From contig CBDAUZ010000002.1 of assembly GCA_965200745.1 (NCBI GenBank), forward strand, positions 199,165 through 263,164: a DNA stretch of 64,000 bases, in the 5' to 3' direction. A model generated the notes under the pieces. That model did no database searches. It was not told where the DNA came from and was given only the letters and a program-made list of their open reading frames with translations. The position numbers and the translations under genes were made by a program. This document shows, one piece after another, positions 10,219 through 19,544 of the stretch. Every line of letters starts with the position of its first letter. The stretch's first letter is position 1. Source of the DNA: Alphaproteobacteria bacterium. GTDB lineage: Bacteria; Pseudomonadota; Alphaproteobacteria; SP197.

Positions 10219-11274
10219 TTGAAAACGCACACAATGAAAATCAGTCATGACGCCAGATTGTCCACAGCCCCGATGATGGACTGCACAGATACCTATGACC
10301 GGTCGTTTCTGCGCTGCGTCACACGACACACCTTGCTCTATTCAGAGATGATCGTTGCAGACGCAATCCTCCACGGTCCACGGAAACGATTGCTTGAAAT
10401 CGACGAAACGGAACATCCGGTTGCATTGCAGGTCGGCGGTTCGGAACCACACAAACTCGCCGATGTATCGCGTATTGCAGAAGACGCCGGTTTTGATGAA
10501 ATCAATCTCAACGTCGGCTGTCCAAGTTCCAGGGTCGGCGCCGGTCGATTTGGCGTATGTCTGATGGCCTGGCCCGACATTGTCGCGCGTTGCGTCGAGG
10601 CCATGCAGCACTCGGCGACCATTCCCGTCACCGTGAAGTGTCGTATCGGAATTGACGACATGGATGAAAACGAAACCTTGCCGGCGTTCGTGGAGGAGGT
10701 TGCCAATGCGGGGTGCAGAACATTTGTCGTCCATGCACGCAAGGCATGGTTGCACGGTCTGTCACCGAAACAGAACCGTGAAATACCGCCCTTGCGTTAC
10801 GGTGTTGTCTACGAAACAAAACGCCGTTTTCCGCATCTCGCGATCGTCATCAACGGCGGAATCCGGAACCTGGACGAAGCGAGAGGACACCTCGCTCATG
10901 TCGATGGTGCGATGATTGGCCGGGCCGCGTATCACACACCATACACGCTTGCCGACGCCGACAGGGTCATGTTCGGTGCCGAAACACCCCGGCCCAAACG
11001 CAAGGACATTGTTGAAGCCTGGTATCCGTATCTCGAACGAAAACTGGCCGCAGGCGTGCCGCTGAAGCGCATGACACGTCACATCCTGGGGCTCTACCAC
11101 GGAGAGCCCGGCGCCCGGAGCTGGCGGAGAACGCTTGTGGAAGAGGCCGCGAAATCCGGTGCAGGAATCGAGGTTATCGAAAACGCATTGCGTTTTGTCG
11201 AACAATCAGACGCTTGTGGATCACGATCAATGTCACACAGACACGAGACTCATGTCGATACAAGCGACGAATAG
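10219..11274 (+). CDS. dusA: tRNA-dihydrouridine(20/20a) synthase DusA.
   Basis: 351 aa. RLSTAPMMDCTDTYDRSFLRCVTRHTLLYSEMIV... and a TIM-barrel flavoenzyme core. Start is ambiguous: ATG 10219 or ATG 10234, and neither has a strong SD. Confidence 0.9.
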   Translation: MKTHTMKISHDARLSTAPMMDCTDTYDRSFLRCVTRHTLLYSEMIVADAILHGPRKRLLEIDETEHPVALQVGGSEPHKLADVSRIAEDAGFDEINLNVGCPSSRVGAGRFGVCLMAWPDIVARCVEAMQHSATIPVTVKCRIGIDDMDENETLPAFVEEVANAGCRTFVVHARKAWLHGLSPKQNREIPPLRYGVVYETKRRFPHLAIVINGGIRNLDEARGHLAHVDGAMIGRAAYHTPYTLADADRVMFGAETPRPKRKDIVEAWYPYLERKLAAGVPLKRMTRHILGLYHGEPGARSWRRTLVEEAAKSGAGIEVIENALRFVEQSDACGSRSMSHRHETHVDTSDE

Positions 11275-11352
11275 CCGGTGAAAAACGAGCGCGTGTGCCG
11301 CAAGTCTCTCGAATCTCCTGACATGTGCCTGTTTGGCTAAAGCCGCAATGCA

Positions 11353-11742
11353 TCACTCCGGTGCATGGCAACAGGCCTGAATCTTGTTGCCATCGGGATC
11401 ACGGGCGTATGCGCCGTAGTAATGTTCGTGATAGTGGGAACGCAGTCCGGGTCCACCCTCATCCGTACCGCCAGCTTCGATACAGGCCGCATGAAACCTG
11501 TCAACGGCATCGCGTGTCTGTGCCAGAAAGGCGACGTGTGTACCGTTTCCGGCTGTCGCGGGCGCGCGATTATAGGGCGTGACAACAAAGAGTTGTGCCG
11601 GCTGCCCTTGCGGCGAAAACCCGGCGAGCGGGATACGCGGTTCGTTTAGCGTGCAGCTGATTCCCAGCGGCTCCAGGACCCTGGTGTAGAACTTTACAGA
11701 TTTGTCGAAAGCGTTCGTGCCGAGCGTCATGTGACTGAACAT
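11353..11742 (-). CDS. VOC (glyoxalase/bleomycin-resistance/dioxygenase) family protein.
   Basis: 129 aa. Glyoxalase-like fold hallmarks (HVAF..., ...YGAYARDPDGNKIQ). GGGGAGA SD. Sits 18 nt downstream of the kinase-aminotransferase fusion gene on the same strand. Confidence 0.8.
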   Translation of the reverse strand: MFSHMTLGTNAFDKSVKFYTRVLEPLGISCTLNEPRIPLAGFSPQGQPAQLFVVTPYNRAPATAGNGTHVAFLAQTRDAVDRFHAACIEAGGTDEGGPGLRSHYHEHYYGAYARDPDGNKIQACCHAPE

Positions 11743-11759
11743 CGTGGCAATCTCCCCAC

Positions 11760-14144
11760 TCAGAGTTCCGAAACCGCCTGGTTCATTATGGCAACAAACA
11801 TGTCCGCATTTGCCTTGTCGAACACCAGTGGCGGCCGAATTTTGAAAACATTGCCATGCGGTCCCTCACGGCCAACAAGTACGCCAAGTTCCCGCATGCG
11901 ATTCTGCACCCTGTGCGTAATCTCCGGCGCCGGGGTCCTCGCACGCCGGTCGTGTACGAATTCGACGCCGGCGATCAGGCCGCACCCCCTGACATCGCCG
12001 ATGCAATCGTGCTGGTCCAGGAGCTTTTTCATCTCGTTTTTCAGATAGTCGCCCGTTTCCCGTGCATTCGACTGCAGTTCCTCGCGCTCGATGACATCGA
12101 GAACCGCGAGGCCTGCGGCACAGGCAACAGGATTGCCCCCGAATGTACTGAACAGGCCGTCCGTGGCCTCGTTGAATTCCGACAGGATCTCGCTTCGGGT
12201 CACGACAACACCGAGTGGATAACCACCGCCAACCGGTTTTCCCAATGTCACAAAGTCAGGTGTGACACCGTAGTACTCAAATCCCCACATGGTGCGCCCC
12301 GGACGGGCGAATCCGAATTGAACCTCGTCAGCCACATTCATTCCGCCGGCACGTTTGACCCGTGCAAAAACTTCTCCGAGATAGGTTGGCGGTACATCAG
12401 GGATCCCGTTCGAACAGAACGACGTATCGATCATGAAGAGCGCCGTTCCCATGCCCGTCGATTCCAGTTCGGCAATTGCCTGGTCCGCAAAGGATGCGTA
12501 CTTGCCCGCCAGATCCGGCTCATCTTCACGGTAGGGACCGCGATACGGATCCGGCGCAACAAGGGCACGTACATGTGGTGCCAGATTGGAGGAGTGTTCG
12601 GGCGAAAGATGTGCGATGGCATCCGTGATGCCGTGATATGCGTCCTTGACAATGAGGCAACCACGATTGCCCGTCAGCACATTGGCCATCCTGAAGGCCA
12701 TGTCATTCGCCTCGCTGCCGGAATTGACAAAAACACAGCGGTCGAGTTCTGCCGGCATGGTGGCGAGAAGCCTCTCCGCATAGGCAGCAAGGTTGTCGTA
12801 GAGGTAGCGCGTGTTTGTACCGAGCGCCGCAGTCTGGCGTGCTATCGCATTGACTACGTGCGGGTGGCAATGGCCGACACTGGGAACGTTGTTGTAGGCG
12901 TCCAGAAACGCCCGGCCATTGGCATCGTAGAGCCACGCTCCCCTGCCCCGTTCCACGTGTATCGGTTTCTCATAGAACAGGCTGAGGTGCTTGCCGACAA
13001 CACGGTGACGTCGTCCGAGTACATGTTCGGTGTCATCTGCTTCGGGTGTCGTGGTCGTACCGATCCTGCAGCGGGTCGGCATGCGCAGCACTTCGCGAAA
13101 CCGCTGTGTTGCCCGTTCAGGGCCGATTGATTCGAGTCGCTCCAGATCTTTGGTGATCTGTTCGAGATACAGTTCGTCGTGGGACCTTCCCGCGCGGCCC
13201 ACATGGAATCTCGACAATGTGATCACACCGGAAATCGCCAGGCGGGCAACAATGCAATCGTAGAGGACGTCGACCTCTTCCTCCTCGAGCGGAATCACCG
13301 AGTCGAATCCGACCGCAACATTTTCAAACATGCTCAGCGGATCATCAAACTCGTGGCCGTAATCGTCGCAAGCCAGTGCGAGTTCAACGGCGAGCGGACC
13401 ATGGATCATGTCGCCAAAGTCGATAATGCTGACCGGAGTCTCCGGATCGTTTTCGTCGACCAGAACATTCGAGCTGTTGGCGTCATTGTGAATGACCTGG
13501 GACCGCATGGTTTCAAGACGCGGCAAGGTTCCTTCAATGAACCGGTCCAGCACGGTCTCGATGCATTGGCGCAATGTGCGGTTCTCGAACAGACCGGTAT
13601 GAACACGCAGCGTCGGCGCCTGACGAATATCCCAGACAAGGGTATGCATGGACGATGGGTGGACAAATCCGCGCAGAGCACGATCCGTTCGCGCAACCAG
13701 CGCCCCCACACCTCTCAGTGTACGCCTCGTGTATTCAGTTTCGCCGACCGGTGTACCAGGCAACCACGAAAGGACCCTGACAATACTTGTGCGACCATCG
13801 CGAAGGGTCACGTTGCGTGACAATTCACCCGAGGTTGTCGGGACCACTTCAGGTATCTGCAGCGCACCATCTGCCTTGGCGATATGCAGCAATGCCCGCG
13901 TCTGGAAGTCGATGACGCCGGGGTCTTCTTCGGGATGGAAGTACTTCAGGATCCAGCGCCCGTTCTCACCCGTGATAGCGAAGTTGGTATCCCTGTCGGA
14001 CTTGCAGGGGGTAAATTCACCCTCCAGTCCAAAAATCCTGCTTGCGAGTTGCATCGCCTCTGCAACACTCACCTCAGGCCGGTTCGAGACGAGATACTTG
14101 ATGTTCTCGGCAAATTCACTCAATGCAACTCTCCCCCGCAGCAA
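11760..14144 (-). CDS. Bifunctional fusion. N-terminal aminoglycoside-phosphotransferase-fold kinase (hydroxylysine/ethanolamine-kinase-like, AGPHD1-like) joined to a C-terminal class-III aminotransferase-fold domain (AGXT2L/ethanolamine-phosphate phospho-lyase-like).
   Basis: 794 aa. N-terminal half has APH/ChoK motifs (VIHNDANSSNVLVD, IIDFGD). C-terminal half has class-III AT motifs (DEVQFGFARPG, TLGKPVGGG, LIGDVRGCGL). First codon is TTG. Confidence 0.85.
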   Translation of the reverse strand: MLRGRVALSEFAENIKYLVSNRPEVSVAEAMQLASRIFGLEGEFTPCKSDRDTNFAITGENGRWILKYFHPEEDPGVIDFQTRALLHIAKADGALQIPEVVPTTSGELSRNVTLRDGRTSIVRVLSWLPGTPVGETEYTRRTLRGVGALVARTDRALRGFVHPSSMHTLVWDIRQAPTLRVHTGLFENRTLRQCIETVLDRFIEGTLPRLETMRSQVIHNDANSSNVLVDENDPETPVSIIDFGDMIHGPLAVELALACDDYGHEFDDPLSMFENVAVGFDSVIPLEEEEVDVLYDCIVARLAISGVITLSRFHVGRAGRSHDELYLEQITKDLERLESIGPERATQRFREVLRMPTRCRIGTTTTPEADDTEHVLGRRHRVVGKHLSLFYEKPIHVERGRGAWLYDANGRAFLDAYNNVPSVGHCHPHVVNAIARQTAALGTNTRYLYDNLAAYAERLLATMPAELDRCVFVNSGSEANDMAFRMANVLTGNRGCLIVKDAYHGITDAIAHLSPEHSSNLAPHVRALVAPDPYRGPYREDEPDLAGKYASFADQAIAELESTGMGTALFMIDTSFCSNGIPDVPPTYLGEVFARVKRAGGMNVADEVQFGFARPGRTMWGFEYYGVTPDFVTLGKPVGGGYPLGVVVTRSEILSEFNEATDGLFSTFGGNPVACAAGLAVLDVIEREELQSNARETGDYLKNEMKKLLDQHDCIGDVRGCGLIAGVEFVHDRRARTPAPEITHRVQNRMRELGVLVGREGPHGNVFKIRPPLVFDKANADMFVAIMNQAVSEL

Positions 14145-14492
14145 TTCCGGCTGTCGTCAACACACGAACATACATGCTTGTCCGGCTCCTTGCGTAAACT
14201 ATCGAAATGATAGCAGACGCAAGAGACCATCCCGGCGTTTGACAGGATTCAAACGGGTGTCATCGAACGCGCCGAATTGCGAAACAAATCACGGTGATCG
14301 ACGTACGGCCGCGCCAACGCTTGTCAACGTCTGAACGCACGGTACAACAACAACTCTTGTATCGGTTGAACTGCTGGAGTTGCCGACATGTCGCGACGGG
14401 AACGGTCTGCTGCGGGACGGCGACGCGCCGATGCGTCCAGAAATCGCAGGCCACAATTGCCATGGGCGACCTTTCGCAATCCCTATCCGCCG

Positions 14493-15926
14493 ATGGAGAT
14501 TGCGAGTGCCGACGAGATAGAGAGCATTCATGACGCGTCGTTGACCGTACTCGAGGAGGTCGGCGTCAACATTCTGCTCGATGAGGCGCGCGACATTCTC
14601 CAGGCCGCCGGTGTTCCGACGACCAGGGGCGAAACCCGCGTTCATATGGACCGCGGATTCATCGAAAGCATGATGAAGGAGACACCTGATATCTGGACAC
14701 TCCACGCCCGAAATCCTGAACGGAACCGGGTATTCGGAGACAACCATGTCAATTTCTTTCCGGTCGCCGGCAATCCGAACGTCGCCGACCTTGAAGGTGG
14801 ACGCCGTTCCGGAACCCTCAAGGACTACCAGGACCTGCTGCGACTGGCTCAGGTCGTCAATGCGGTTCATGGATGCACGCCGATGCTTGAGCCGCTCGAT
14901 GTGCACCCGAACACGCGCTATCTCGATATCGTTGGCGAACAGCTGTTGCTTTCCGACAAGATAGCCTTCGGCTACGCAATCGGGCGACGCAAGATCCTCG
15001 ACGCAATTGAAATGGTGCGAATCGCCAGGGGAATTTCACATGAGGAACTGCAGACGCAGCCCAGCATCTGGACTGTTGTGAACTGCAACTCGCCGCTTCA
15101 GCTCGACATTCCGATGTTGCTTGGCATGATCGAGATGTCGCGGCGAAACCAGGTTATCGTCGTCACGCCATTCACCCTTGCCGGCGCCATGGCACCCGTC
15201 TCGCTGTCCGGCGCCCTGATCCAGCAAAACGCGGAGGCGATCTCCGCGTTGGCCTTCTGTCAGGCTGTCAAGCCGGGGACACCGGTAGTCTACGGCGGGT
15301 TCACGAGCAATGTTGACATGCGTTCCGGCGCACCGGCATTCGGCACGCCCGAATACGTCAAGGCCGTCCTGGTCGGTGGACAACTCGCGCGATTCTACAA
15401 ACTGCCGTACCGTTCGTCAGGTGTCAGCGCCTCGAACTGGCCCGATGCCCAGGCCACATATGAAACCTCCATGTCGCTCTGGGCGACAGTGCTCAGTCAT
15501 ACGAACATGGTCATGCACAGTTTCGGCTGGATGGAGGGCGGACTGCACGCGTCATTCGAGAAGTTCATCATCGACCTCGAAATGGTGCAGACACTCATGA
15601 AGGCCATGGAGCCCATCGATTTCAGTCAACCGGAATCTGATCTCGACGCCATTCGTGAAGTCGGACCGGGCGGACACTATTTCGGAGCGGGACAAACCCT
15701 GGAACTTTATGAAACCGCATTCTATCAACCGATCCTTTCGGACTGGCGAAACTGGCAAACCTGGAAGGACGATGGTGCGGTCGATACGACCCGGCGTGCA
15801 CAACAGGTCTACCGCGATCTTCTGAGGGAATACGAAACGCCGTTCATGGAACCGGCAATCCGGGAGGAGTTGACCGCTTTCATCGATCGACGAAAGCGTG
15901 AGGGAGGCGCAACAGCGGAAGACTGA
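14493..15926 (+). CDS. MttB-superfamily (trimethylamine-methyltransferase-like) protein, non-pyrrolysine type. Likely a quaternary-amine:corrinoid methyltransferase.
   Basis: About 478 aa from MEIASADEIESIHDASLTVLEEVGV, a typical MttB-family N-terminus. TIM-barrel MttB-like core with no in-frame amber codon. The ORF track begins earlier at 14388 in the same frame. Confidence 0.85.
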   Translation: MEIASADEIESIHDASLTVLEEVGVNILLDEARDILQAAGVPTTRGETRVHMDRGFIESMMKETPDIWTLHARNPERNRVFGDNHVNFFPVAGNPNVADLEGGRRSGTLKDYQDLLRLAQVVNAVHGCTPMLEPLDVHPNTRYLDIVGEQLLLSDKIAFGYAIGRRKILDAIEMVRIARGISHEELQTQPSIWTVVNCNSPLQLDIPMLLGMIEMSRRNQVIVVTPFTLAGAMAPVSLSGALIQQNAEAISALAFCQAVKPGTPVVYGGFTSNVDMRSGAPAFGTPEYVKAVLVGGQLARFYKLPYRSSGVSASNWPDAQATYETSMSLWATVLSHTNMVMHSFGWMEGGLHASFEKFIIDLEMVQTLMKAMEPIDFSQPESDLDAIREVGPGGHYFGAGQTLELYETAFYQPILSDWRNWQTWKDDGAVDTTRRAQQVYRDLLREYETPFMEPAIREELTAFIDRRKREGGATAED

Positions 15927-15944
15927 ACGGGAGACGCGTGTCTC

Positions 15945-16679
15945 CTATTCCTCCAGGTTTTTCGGTTCGTGGGCACATTCGCGCACGATCCCGCACTTCC
16001 AGCAGCGTGGCTTGCGGGCAAGACAGGTGTAGCGGCCATGCAGTATCAACCAGTGGTGTGCACCTTTTTTCCACTTCTTCGGCACAATCTCCTCCAGTAA
16101 CCGCTCGACCTTCTCTGGAGTCGTGCCACGCGCCAGCCCGGTTCGATTTGCAACCCGGAAGACGTGCGTGTCCACGGCAATTGTCGGTTCTCCGAACGCT
16201 TCATTCATGACGACGCTGGCCGTCTTGCGACCAACACCGGGCAAACGCTGCAGTTCCTCACGACTGTCCGGAACACGACCGCCGTACTTCTCGATCAGAA
16301 TAGTCGAGAGTGCCGCGATGTTCCTTGCCTTTGCGTTGTACAGGCCGATTGATCGAATCTTGTCGCGAATACCGTCTTCGCCGAGTTTTGCCATCCTTTC
16401 CGGCGTATCGGCTTCATCAAACAGGCCCGGTGTGACGGCGTTGACACTCTTGTCAGTTGCCTGAGCCGATAGAACAACCGAAATCAGGAGTGTGAACGGG
16501 TTGCTGTAATCCAGTTCGGTTGCAGGCGCAGGGTTTTCTCGCGACAGGATGGTGAACAGCCGGTTGGCGAGCCGGACCAACCCGTCGCGTTCAGGATCGG
16601 ACACGGTGAATTCCGTTCTTCGCCACGCGTTCCCGCTTGCGCGTCTCAGTAAACCAGTGCCACGGCACGCACCGGACAC
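15945..16679 (-). CDS. nth: Endonuclease III (Nth), base-excision-repair DNA glycosylase/AP lyase.
   Basis: ELDYSNPFTLLISVVLSAQATDKSVN, LPGVGRKTASVV, HhH-GPD and the C-terminal 4Fe-4S Cys cluster (C-x6-C-x2-C-x5-C). Start is uncertain: ATG 16679 overlaps the upstream cyclase gene by 34 nt; GTG 16604 is an alternative. Confidence 0.9.
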   Translation of the reverse strand: MSGACRGTGLLRRASGNAWRRTEFTVSDPERDGLVRLANRLFTILSRENPAPATELDYSNPFTLLISVVLSAQATDKSVNAVTPGLFDEADTPERMAKLGEDGIRDKIRSIGLYNAKARNIAALSTILIEKYGGRVPDSREELQRLPGVGRKTASVVMNEAFGEPTIAVDTHVFRVANRTGLARGTTPEKVERLLEEIVPKKWKKGAHHWLILHGRYTCLARKPRCWKCGIVRECAHEPKNLEE

Positions 16680-17332
16680 CCCGTGCCGTCACGCATCGAG
16701 AGCGGCAGGCATACAAAGTGAAATTCCTTTCCCTGCAATCGATCGAGATTGCACAATTGCTGAACCATGCAGACGCCCTGCCTGTTCCACACGGCATGCG
16801 TCGGCCACCACCATTCCGCCGGGTCATCCATTCCGATCAGATCCGTGCAGAAGAGAACGATACCGCGGTCCACAAGCCACTGTGCAACGTCTGTCGGGAC
16901 GAATGGCCGGTTCATTGTGAACCCCTCCTTCCCCCAGTCCCTGTCCGTACCGGTCCAAACGATGCACGCCGACTCACCGTTGATCGTACCGCCACTGCGT
17001 TCTTCCGCTGCTTCGAGATCCGCGATGGTGATGGCTTCACCATTCTTCCGATGGGTCAGGTCCAGCAGCAATCCCGGCAGAACCAGTTGCTCGAGCGGCA
17101 CCTGATCGACACTCTTGCCGTTGGCGTCACTGTGCCGCGGGACATCAAGATGCGTGCCGCAATGTTCGGGCATCAGGATCATGCGGCTTTCCATTGCCAT
17201 CTTTCCGCCTGTGATCTCGGACAGATACGCATGGTCGTCGAGCTGGAAGAACGTCACCTGCCCGCCGATGTTCGGCATGTTCGAATACATGGGGTGGGAC
17301 AGATCAACAATTTCCTTGATCGCTGGCAGCAT
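16646..17332 (-). CDS. Cyclase-family protein (kynurenine formamidase / arylformamidase-like, PF04199-type).
   Basis: 228 aa. HxGTHxDxPxH-like motif (HCGTHLDVPRH) and the conserved acidic C-terminal region. GGGAGTGAAG SD. Confidence 0.75.
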   Translation of the reverse strand: MLPAIKEIVDLSHPMYSNMPNIGGQVTFFQLDDHAYLSEITGGKMAMESRMILMPEHCGTHLDVPRHSDANGKSVDQVPLEQLVLPGLLLDLTHRKNGEAITIADLEAAEERSGGTINGESACIVWTGTDRDWGKEGFTMNRPFVPTDVAQWLVDRGIVLFCTDLIGMDDPAEWWWPTHAVWNRQGVCMVQQLCNLDRLQGKEFHFVCLPLSMRDGTGCPVRAVALVY

Positions 17333-17429
17333 GACTTCACTCCCGTCTGGTTGAGGCGCTACACCTTTTCAACAACTTGAATTTTCGATGATGAACGAAC
17401 CCGCGTGCACCGTGATTTCCGCAAACCCG

Positions 17430-18194
17430 TCAAACAGTCGCACGAACACCAGCATGGCTTCCGATCCAGGCCAGGACTTCCTCGATCGAATGCGCTTTCT
17501 GCCCGCTCGGGGGTTGTGGTCGCCTGATCATGATGACCGGAATCCCGCAGGTGCGTGCAGCAATGATCTTTGCTTCGGTCGCCGCTCCGCCACTGGCCTT
17601 TGTCACGAGCGCATCAACTTGAAGATCGCGAAAAAGTGCCTGTTCATCTTCCAGTCGAAACGGCCCGCGCGCCCGCAGGATCTCGATAGCGCCGATCGAT
17701 TCAATACTGACAGGCAATTCAATGACACGCGCTGTCAACCGCATGCCCTGACACTTCGAAAATGCCTCGAGACTGCGATTCCCGGTTGTCAGCAGAACCG
17801 ATGTCGGTTTCATGGAACACAGTGTTTCTGCAGCTTCCGCATAGGTATCGACCTCGATCCAGTTATCGTCTTCAACCCTTTTCCAGTGCGGTCGCACAAA
17901 CTTGATCCGCGGTGTGCCCGTGCGCGCGGCAGCAGTCTCGGCATGCCGCGCCATGATTGCGGCAAACGGATGTGTGGCGTCCACAAGCAAGCCCGTGCCC
18001 GAGTTCCGGATGTACTGCACAAGTCCATCAATACCGCCAAACACGCCACGGCGGACTTCGCCGCAAATGTTGCACGAACCGGCCGTGATACCGGCCAGTG
18101 ACGTCGTGCAGTGAACATCGGGAAACCGTTCAGCGACGGCATTCGAAATTGCCGTTCCTTCCTGTGTACCACCCAGGACCAGAAGTCTTTTCAT
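17430..18194 (-). CDS. cobK: Precorrin-6A reductase / cobalt-precorrin-6A reductase.
   Basis: MKRLLVLGGTQEG...GGFGGIDGL...LLVDATHPFAA...RP.W match the CobK/CbiJ hallmark pattern. Confidence 0.85.
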   Translation of the reverse strand: MKRLLVLGGTQEGTAISNAVAERFPDVHCTTSLAGITAGSCNICGEVRRGVFGGIDGLVQYIRNSGTGLLVDATHPFAAIMARHAETAAARTGTPRIKFVRPHWKRVEDDNWIEVDTYAEAAETLCSMKPTSVLLTTGNRSLEAFSKCQGMRLTARVIELPVSIESIGAIEILRARGPFRLEDEQALFRDLQVDALVTKASGGAATEAKIIAARTCGIPVIMIRRPQPPSGQKAHSIEEVLAWIGSHAGVRATV

Positions 18195-19282
18195 GGACCG
18201 GCCACACCGATTATGTCACCGGCGCGGTTGATGACGACCACATCTATTTCGGTCGATCCCGACAGCGTTGCGATGGCAGTTTCACGGGCGCCGGCTGCAA
18301 CGCGTTCACCCAACGGAACCATCGCTGCAGACGCAATCGCGAGTGCAGCACTTGCGCTGGTTTCATGCCTTATACGACTTTCAACTTCCCTGGACGCACC
18401 GGCATCCCGCGCAAAGGTCGCGAGCCGCGACTGATCGACCTGACTGCGGGACGAATGAAGATCCAGCGCACCCTGGGCAAGTTTTGTCATCTTGCCGATG
18501 CCTCCGGCGATCGTCACGCGTTCAACGGGATGACGCCGCAGATACTTGAGCATACCTCCGACGAAGTCGCCCATATCGATCAGTGCACCGTCACTCAGAT
18601 CGTGATACGCACGGATAACCTGTTCTGAAGTCCGTCCCGTTGAACCGGCAATGTGAGAAAGACCCTCCGCCCGGGCAACATCAATGCCCTGGTGAATTGA
18701 TGCAATCCATGCCGAACAGGAATACGGAACAACAATTCCCGTTGTGCCCAGAATCGACAGTCCACCGACGATACCCAACCGTGGATTCCATGTCTGTTGC
18801 GCCAGTTGCTCGCCATCCACCACGCCGATCGTGATCTGGAGGTCGTGCCGATGCGCGAACCGGTCGGCCAGTTCCTCGATTGCGCTTTCAATCATCCGGC
18901 GCGGACCGGGATTGATGGCCGGCTCACCCGGTTCGACCGGCAAGCCCTGTTTTGTGACGATTCCGACGCCTTCGCCGGCCCTGAATTGAACACCGGTCCC
19001 GTCATCTCCGTAGCTGATCTGGACCACAACTTCCGCGCCATTCGTCACGTCCGGATCGTCGCCTGCATCCTTGACGACTGATGCCATGGCGCACTGATGA
19101 CGGAGTTCCGATCTATGAACCTGAAACACAGGTTCCTGTCCGCGTGGCAGGGTCACGGTAACAGATCGGGGAATGTTGCCCGTCGCCAGTCCCTCATATG
19201 CGGCGGCGGCCGCCGCCATCGCACAGGCGCCTGTAGTCCAGCCCTTTCGTAAGTTCGTGGTGGCTGTCATGCGACCCACCAA
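18191..19282 (-). CDS. cbiD: Cobalt-precorrin-5B (C1)-methyltransferase CbiD. Fills the CobF role in Rhodobacter-type aerobic pathways.
   Basis: LRKGWTTGACAMAAAAAA is the CbiD signature N-terminus; 363 aa. A 4-nt overlap with cobK indicates a cbiD-cobK operon. Confidence 0.85.
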   Translation of the reverse strand: MVGRMTATTNLRKGWTTGACAMAAAAAAYEGLATGNIPRSVTVTLPRGQEPVFQVHRSELRHQCAMASVVKDAGDDPDVTNGAEVVVQISYGDDGTGVQFRAGEGVGIVTKQGLPVEPGEPAINPGPRRMIESAIEELADRFAHRHDLQITIGVVDGEQLAQQTWNPRLGIVGGLSILGTTGIVVPYSCSAWIASIHQGIDVARAEGLSHIAGSTGRTSEQVIRAYHDLSDGALIDMGDFVGGMLKYLRRHPVERVTIAGGIGKMTKLAQGALDLHSSRSQVDQSRLATFARDAGASREVESRIRHETSASAALAIASAAMVPLGERVAAGARETAIATLSGSTEIDVVVINRAGDIIGVAGP

Positions 19283-19365
19283 TCAGCAACGGAGACGACG
19301 TCGGATTGCACAACGCGCATTCTTCAACGCCATGCTGATCGGGCGAGAGTGGCCATCTGATGATG

Positions 19366-19411
19366 CGACGTCACAGGACGCCCCCGACCGACGTCACAGG
19401 ACGCCCCCGAC
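19366..19411. repeat. Perfect tandem duplication of a 23-bp unit (CGACGTCACAGGACGCCCCCGAC x2) in the cbiD/cobA divergent intergenic region.
   Basis: Read directly from the sequence: 19366-19388 equals 19389-19411. Each unit contains the palindrome GACGTC. Confidence 0.9.
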
Positions 19412-19544
19412 GTTTTGAACAATCTGCAATGTGCATGATACTTGACGTTCTCCGGGTCGTCGTATGTGTATTCGGCCACTGTACGCTATCGTGCAGAAGG
19501 AAATACAACCTTCCGGTCATGTTACATCAGTATCAGGCAGTTGC

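Noticed and set aside
11856-13130. 424-aa + strand ORF
   Set aside because: Entirely antisense to the kinase-aminotransferase fusion gene. Arg/Pro/Gly-rich, with no motif.
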